The position numbers and the translations under genes were made by a program. The notes beneath the pieces are model-generated. The model had not been told where the DNA came from. It worked only from the letters and a program-made list of their open reading frames with translations, and ran no database searches. 24,276 nucleotides of DNA from Candidatus Brocadiia bacterium (GTDB taxonomy: Bacteria; Planctomycetota; Brocadiia; CAIUPP01). Of this stretch, positions 18,099-24,276 are shown piece after piece. Location: NCBI GenBank assembly GCA_050015075.1, contig JBEKCB010000046.1:1-24276 (forward strand), written 5' to 3'. Each line of letters opens with the position of its first letter. Position 1 is the first letter of the stretch.

Positions 18099-19535
18099 GC
18101 GGCCCTTCCGTCCCGAACGCACCGCGCAGTGACCGTCCCTCTGCGATCGAGGCCGGCCTGGAGGGCTTCGTGCCCGCGGCCGACCGGACGCGCGCGGCCG
18201 TCCGGCAGCTCATTCGCCTGCGGTGGCTGGCGATCTGCGGCGTGGTCGGCGTGGTGGTCATCTCGCACATGCTCCTGCGCGCCATCGAGTTCCCGATGGC
18301 GCTCTACCTCGTCGCGGCGGCCATGGCGGCGGGGAACGTCGCTTTCGAAATCACCAGCCGTCGCCTGGACGCGAAGCCCGCCTCGGCGGCGGAGCATCAC
18401 GCCTATGTCCAGATCGGATGGGACATCGTCTCCCTGGCGCTCCTGGCGCACTTCTCCGGCGGCGTCGAGAACCCGTTCCTTCTCTACCTGGTATTCCACG
18501 TCGTCCTGGCGAGCATGCTCATGGGCGAGCGGCAGACGTATATCGTCGCCCTCGCGGCCTGCGCGGCGGTGGCGGGGATCTTCCTTCTCGAAGGCTACGG
18601 GCTGGTCGGCCACTATCGCCTGCTGCTTCTGCCGCCTCACGCCGGCGGCGTCAGTCCCTATCACGCCGGCATCTGCGCCGCGCTCATGAGCACGTTCATG
18701 GTGACGGCTTACCTGTCCAACAGCATTATGCGGAAGGTCCGGCAGGCGGAGACGCAACTGCTCGCCCAGAACCAGTTCCTGCGAGAGGCTGAGGAGCGGC
18801 TTCGGATCGCCGGCGCGGAGCTGCAGCAGAGCCGCTACCACGCGATTCAGCAGGAGCGCATGGCGGCGATCGGGCAGATGGCCGCCGGCATCGCGCACGA
18901 GGTCAGCAACCCGCTGACGTCGCTCTATTCGCTCGTCCAGGTGCTCTCCATCTCTCCGGCCGGCGACGAGCAAACGGCCGCGCGGCTCGCCCTGATGCAG
19001 CAGAGCATCGAGCGGATATCGAAGATCGTCCGCCAGATCGTGGACTACGGCCGCCCCATCTCCAGCGAGGACTGGCTCTACAGCGACATCGGCAAGATCA
19101 TCCTCGACACCCTTCAGCTTCTCCGCTACGACCGGCGCGCGAAAGGGGTGGAGATGACGGCCGACTTCGATCCGCTGCTGCCCCGGACGATGATCATCGA
19201 GCACCAGTTGCAGCAGGTTTTCATGAACATCGCGCTGAACGCGCTCGACGCGATGGGCGGCCGGGGCAAGCTGGCCGTGCGCGCCGCGCAGAACAACGGC
19301 TCCATCGAGGTCGTCTTCACCGACACCGGCGAGGGCATGACCCGGGACGAAATCCAGCACATCTTCGAGCCGTACTACACCACCAAGGCGGCCCGCTTCG
19401 GGACCGGCCTCGGCCTGGCCTTGAGCTACAACATCATCCGGAAACACGGCGGGACGATCCTCGTCCAGAGCGAGAAGGGAAAAGGGTCCACGTTTGCGGT
19501 CTCCATACCGCTCCGCGGACCCCAAGGAGACAACG

Positions 19536-19564
<29 letters not shown>
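18095..19564 (+). CDS. Membrane sensor histidine kinase (RegB/PilS-like input domain, NtrB-like kinase core)
   Basis: About 6 TM segments containing SGGVENPF. H-box AHEVSNPL, N-box [24 protein letters not shown] and GTGLGL. Confidence 0.92.
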
Positions 19565-20918
<1,354 letters not shown>

Positions 20919-20994
20919 GAATGCAGGCTTGCCCGTTATTCGGTGCTGTTCACGGCAATAATAAATGACTGCAGGGCCGTTGAAAATGCCCCTT

Positions 20995-21114
20995 GTCATT
21001 CCCGCGAAGGCGGGAATCCAGACTCCTCCACAAGCGGGCAAGCCGCGCGCCGAAACCCTGGATTCCCGCCGTTCGGCCCTGAGATCACGGCCGAAGGGCT
21101 TGCGCGGGAATGAC
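20995..21114. repeat. REP/RPE-like palindromic element with a nested hairpin insertion
   Basis: GTCATTCCCGCGAAGGCGGGAATCCAG...CTGGATTCCCGCC[insert]TGCGCGGGAATGAC with an ATTCCC-N8-GGGAAT core. Confidence 0.8.
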
Positions 21115-21127
21115 CAAGTGGAGATAC

Positions 21128-21181
21128 TCAGGTCTTGTCCGGGCCGCGCGAGAACTGGGTGTCACTTTGGTCGAGGTCTAG
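21128..21181 (+). pseudogene. Probable 3' remnant of a PIN/VapC toxin gene
   Basis: Reads SGLVRAARELGVTLVEV-stop, resembling PIN C-termini. It ends 2 nt before the antitoxin ATG and is cut upstream by the palindromic element. Confidence 0.45.
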
Positions 21182-21183
21182 CC

Positions 21184-21423
21184 ATGCAGGTCTACACGTA
21201 TTCAGAGGCGAGACAAAAGCTTGCGAAAGTGCTCCGCGTTGCGGAGTCCACGGGGAAAGTCATCATCCGCCGCAAGGACGGACATGCCTTTGCGCTGGTG
21301 CCGGAGATTGAGCGCAAGTCGCCGCTGGATGTCCCTTCTGTGAAGGCGAGGATATCCACGCAGGAACTAGTGGCCCTTCTGCACAAAGAGCGACGCCGAA
21401 GCCGGAGGCGCAAAACGTCCTGA
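21184..21423 (+). CDS. Phd/YefM-family antitoxin
   Basis: 79 aa, MQVYTYSEARQKLAKVL...VIIRRKDG pattern. GAGG upstream of ATG 21184. Confidence 0.8.
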   Translation: MQVYTYSEARQKLAKVLRVAESTGKVIIRRKDGHAFALVPEIERKSPLDVPSVKARISTQELVALLHKERRRSRRRKTS

Positions 21424-21444
21424 ACAGGTGACAAAGGGGCTGAG

Positions 21445-23013
21445 ATGTCGAAGCGATTGATGTTCGTGATGATTTGCCTGTTGGGTTCATGGTTTGCCTG
21501 TGCCGGGCATGCCGCACCGCCAAACCCGCCGGCGACGCAGCCCGAGCCGGGCCCGCCGGCCGATGCTCTGAAATCGGCCCGGCAGAGCGGTGAGCCCATC
21601 TCCGCCGCAACCTCGGCAAGCGTCGTTTCCCCGGATGCTCTTGACGCGCCGCCAGGTCCTGCGCCGGCCAAGCCTCCCGTTTCGGCCGGCCATGCCTTCA
21701 CGGACCTGCGTTTCACCCAGGATTGCCCGATGGGGGCACAAGATGATCGCGGACAATGGATCGCGGGCACGGAAACGATGCGCTTGGTTCAGCACCAGGG
21801 CAAACTGTTTGCCAGCGTCGAAGTTTGGACGGACAGACCGTATTTTCAAGGCAAAGGGGAACAGCCGTGGACTGGTTCGGAAATCCTGGTTAAAGAATCC
21901 GCCAGTGCGCCGTGGCGCTTGGACAGGGCCTTTCCGCGGGTCATCCGCCTGGCCGCCATGACCTCCGCCACCTTCATCAAGGACGCTTCCGGCGGCAGAC
22001 TGGACCCTCCTGTCACGTTGCTGATTGCCAGTCCCTCCTCGCCCAACTCCGCAACTTGGACCCGCGATGATGCCAGCGGCAAGTGGAACGCAAGCATGAT
22101 TCAGGAGGGCTTGCGCGGCGGATTACGTTCGTTTTGCACGCATGTGGATGCGGTGACCCAAGTGCAATACCTTTTTGGCGGCGCCGGCGCCGCCAGGACC
22201 GGCAGCATTTTCAGGGCTGTTTATGACCCCGCCGCACCGGGCCGTATCCGGTGGAACGAAGCGCCGGAACTCTCCGGCACGGGGCGCGTGATGTGCATGG
22301 CCGAGGCCAACGGCGTGCTCTACGCCGCCTGCGGCATCATATCTGAAACGGCTTCATCGGGCGGCCTTTTCCGCCGGGTGGACGGCGAAAAGCCGACGTG
22401 GGAATTGCTCTGGCGCTGGCCGCACAAGATACAGGAGCAAGGCGATGAAATGGAAATCATGCGCGGCCTGACGGCCATTCCCGATCCCAAAGGCGGCGCG
22501 CATCAAGTGTTGCTGGGCACCTGCAACTATCCCGGAGTGGTTTACCGTATTGACCCGAGCCCGAAGCTCGAGGTCACCACTGAGTTGGACATCCATGCAT
22601 ATTTTGCCAAAGCCTTCGGCGTGCCCGCGCTGCGCGGGCCCTGCCTCAGCGCCTACAACAACTTTCTGCCGGTGACCGACCCGGATACAGGAGAGAAGGT
22701 TCACCTTTTCGGGGTTTGGATCAACCCTCCCGGCGGCCACGGCACGGACCTCGGCCGGAGCGCATGGTATCTCATCCGCCACTCCGACGGGAGCTACGGA
22801 CATGGCCGCGTCTTCGATCCGGACCATCCCAGGCCCAATCCTCCGCGAGGTCTGCTGTCCACGCGTACAATCGAAGTCTCGCCGTTTCCGGAAGACAAGG
22901 GAAGGACGCTGTATTTCGGAGGCTATGACCCCGCCAACATTGATAGCCACAACACTGCGTGGATTTACAAAGCCGCGTTGCGACCCGTTGAGAGCAAGAA
23001 GGAAGGACGCTGA
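21445..23013 (+). CDS. Secreted hypothetical protein, probably beta-rich or propeller-like
   Basis: Signal peptide ending AGHA, Pro/Ala linker, then Trp/Gly-rich short strands (LFAS, LFGG, LYAA, LLGT, LYFGGYD). Family not recognised. Confidence 0.7.
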   Translation: MSKRLMFVMICLLGSWFACAGHAAPPNPPATQPEPGPPADALKSARQSGEPISAATSASVVSPDALDAPPGPAPAKPPVSAGHAFTDLRFTQDCPMGAQDDRGQWIAGTETMRLVQHQGKLFASVEVWTDRPYFQGKGEQPWTGSEILVKESASAPWRLDRAFPRVIRLAAMTSATFIKDASGGRLDPPVTLLIASPSSPNSATWTRDDASGKWNASMIQEGLRGGLRSFCTHVDAVTQVQYLFGGAGAARTGSIFRAVYDPAAPGRIRWNEAPELSGTGRVMCMAEANGVLYAACGIISETASSGGLFRRVDGEKPTWELLWRWPHKIQEQGDEMEIMRGLTAIPDPKGGAHQVLLGTCNYPGVVYRIDPSPKLEVTTELDIHAYFAKAFGVPALRGPCLSAYNNFLPVTDPDTGEKVHLFGVWINPPGGHGTDLGRSAWYLIRHSDGSYGHGRVFDPDHPRPNPPRGLLSTRTIEVSPFPEDKGRTLYFGGYDPANIDSHNTAWIYKAALRPVESKKEGR

Positions 23014-23240
23014 ACGCGAGAGGCCGGAATTGGGGACACCGGATAGCTGGGGATTGCTGAGGACACAATCTCTGGCGTTCATTTTTCCAATACGGGGGCC
23101 AGTGTTGATTTTCCAGAGGGTCATTTCGGGCTCAGTGTTTAGAGAATTCAACACGGAGGAGACTGTTCGGGAACCCAAGAAACCTTCTTATGTGCCTTGC
23201 CGTACGCTGTTACATCGGCCGCCTCAAATGCGCTGCATTC

Positions 23241-23256
23241 TGGCATAATAATTGCG
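23241..23256 (+). promoter_or_regulatory. sigma54 (-24/-12) promoter
   Basis: TGGCATAATAATTGCG with GG-N10-GC spacing, close to the TGGCAC-N5-TTGC consensus. Confidence 0.7.
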
Positions 23257-23385
23257 GCCGAGCCCAGCTAGCGGTACATGGGGACTGCCAAGTGGGCAAG
23301 TTGGGTGCCGGCTGTCGCCGAACAGGGTGCAAGGCATAGGCAAACGGGAATCACTCCCGCTATTGCCCCAACGGAGGAACGGCAG

Positions 23386-24276
23386 ATGGGGATCTTCAAA
23401 TCTCGTGCAGTGTTGTGCCGCACATTCGCTGCCGCAGCGCTTTTCCTGTCAACCGCCTCAACCGCGCACGCAGACGGGTTCGTCCTGCGGTTTGGCGGGT
23501 TGGATGGGCCCACCGTTTTCGCCGGCCGAACCTACAACTATTACCTGACCACGGCGCCGGGCGCCAGCCCCGTCAGCGCCGGCGTCAATTGGCTCTCAAC
23601 TTTAACTAACGCGGCGGGCGCGCCCGGGAATGACATGACCTCAGTGATAACACCACCCGGTGGCGCGCCGGTCACGTTCCAGTTCAACAACCTGGTACAG
23701 CCGGCGGCAGCTCCCGGGGTCCTCGAAGGTCAGGCCGCACAGGAAACGGTCGGCGGTACAATGGCCATAGTGCGGACCACGGTCTGGGTGCCTCCCAGCG
23801 CGGTGCCGGATGCCCGGCCGACGCAAGTGATCCTCTCGGGCCGGCTTGTCACCGGCAGAGTCATTGTCGCTCCAGGCCCGGATTTCAAATGGTCGCTCCT
23901 TAATCCTTTTGGAAATACCGCCAACATAACCGGGATCATGGTCACGCCCAGTTATGTCGACACGACAACGGGAGAAATATTCGACGGTCCCGTCATCAAC
24001 GGCGGGAATCTTGCGGCCGGTAAGGGGACGAACGGCGTGATGCCCAACGTCGCGGTCAATCCTGACGGATCGGGTGATACAGGGACGCTTGCGGACTACA
24101 GTCTGTCGGCTACGGGTGACAGTCTGCTTACGACCACCATGGAATTCCAGGGCGCCGTGAATGGAACGTCCAATGATGAGCTGAACCTGGAAAGCGCGCT
24201 CGAACTGTTCATGGACGATGGCAATGAGTTTAATGCGCCGATGTTCGCGATGACGGGTGACCCGCCGAGTACGCCT
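23386..24276 (+). CDS. Secreted hypothetical protein, partial (runs off the window)
   Basis: Not in the ORF track; translated by hand. GGAGG, ATG 23386, signal peptide MGIFKSRAVLCRTFAAAALFLSTASTAHA and 297 codons without a stop. G/T/N/P-rich. Confidence 0.8.
   Translation, partial: MGIFKSRAVLCRTFAAAALFLSTASTAHADGFVLRFGGLDGPTVFAGRTYNYYLTTAPGASPVSAGVNWLSTLTNAAGAPGNDMTSVITPPGGAPVTFQFNNLVQPAAAPGVLEGQAAQETVGGTMAIVRTTVWVPPSAVPDARPTQVILSGRLVTGRVIVAPGPDFKWSLLNPFGNTANITGIMVTPSYVDTTTGEIFDGPVINGGNLAAGKGTNGVMPNVAVNPDGSGDTGTLADYSLSATGDSLLTTTMEFQGAVNGTSNDELNLESALELFMDDGNEFNAPMFAMTGDPPSTP

Noticed and set aside
20965-21183. N-terminal extension of the antitoxin (VIPAKAGIQ...)
   Set aside because: It is read-through of the REP-like element. 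The antitoxin pattern starts at ATG 21184.

Overview
High-GC bacterial DNA centred on a ~12-kb minus-strand operon (3558-15409) that looks like a complete extracellular electron transfer (EET) and cytochrome-nanowire locus. It encodes three secreted tetraheme cytochromes with the Geobacter OmcE motif pattern, three NHL beta-propeller lipoproteins, a pentaheme lipoprotein, an outer-membrane beta-barrel, an octaheme, an ~11-heme cytochrome and a polyprenyl diphosphate synthase (about 36 heme-binding motifs in total). A divergent operon encodes a CcsA-family protein, HemA, a membrane kinase with a RegB-type GGxxNPF motif and a sigma54 activator. The AT-rich spacer between the two operons holds candidate sigma54 and sigma70 promoters, palindromic operator sites and an orphan perfect Shine-Dalgarno. 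Downstream of the cytochrome operon are acs, a stand-alone receiver protein and a second related kinase that runs off the window. The right end has a REP-like palindrome next to a probable PIN-toxin remnant, an orphan Phd-type antitoxin and two secreted hypothetical proteins. Family calls come from motif reading and recall, not database searches. The host taxon cannot be fixed from this window.
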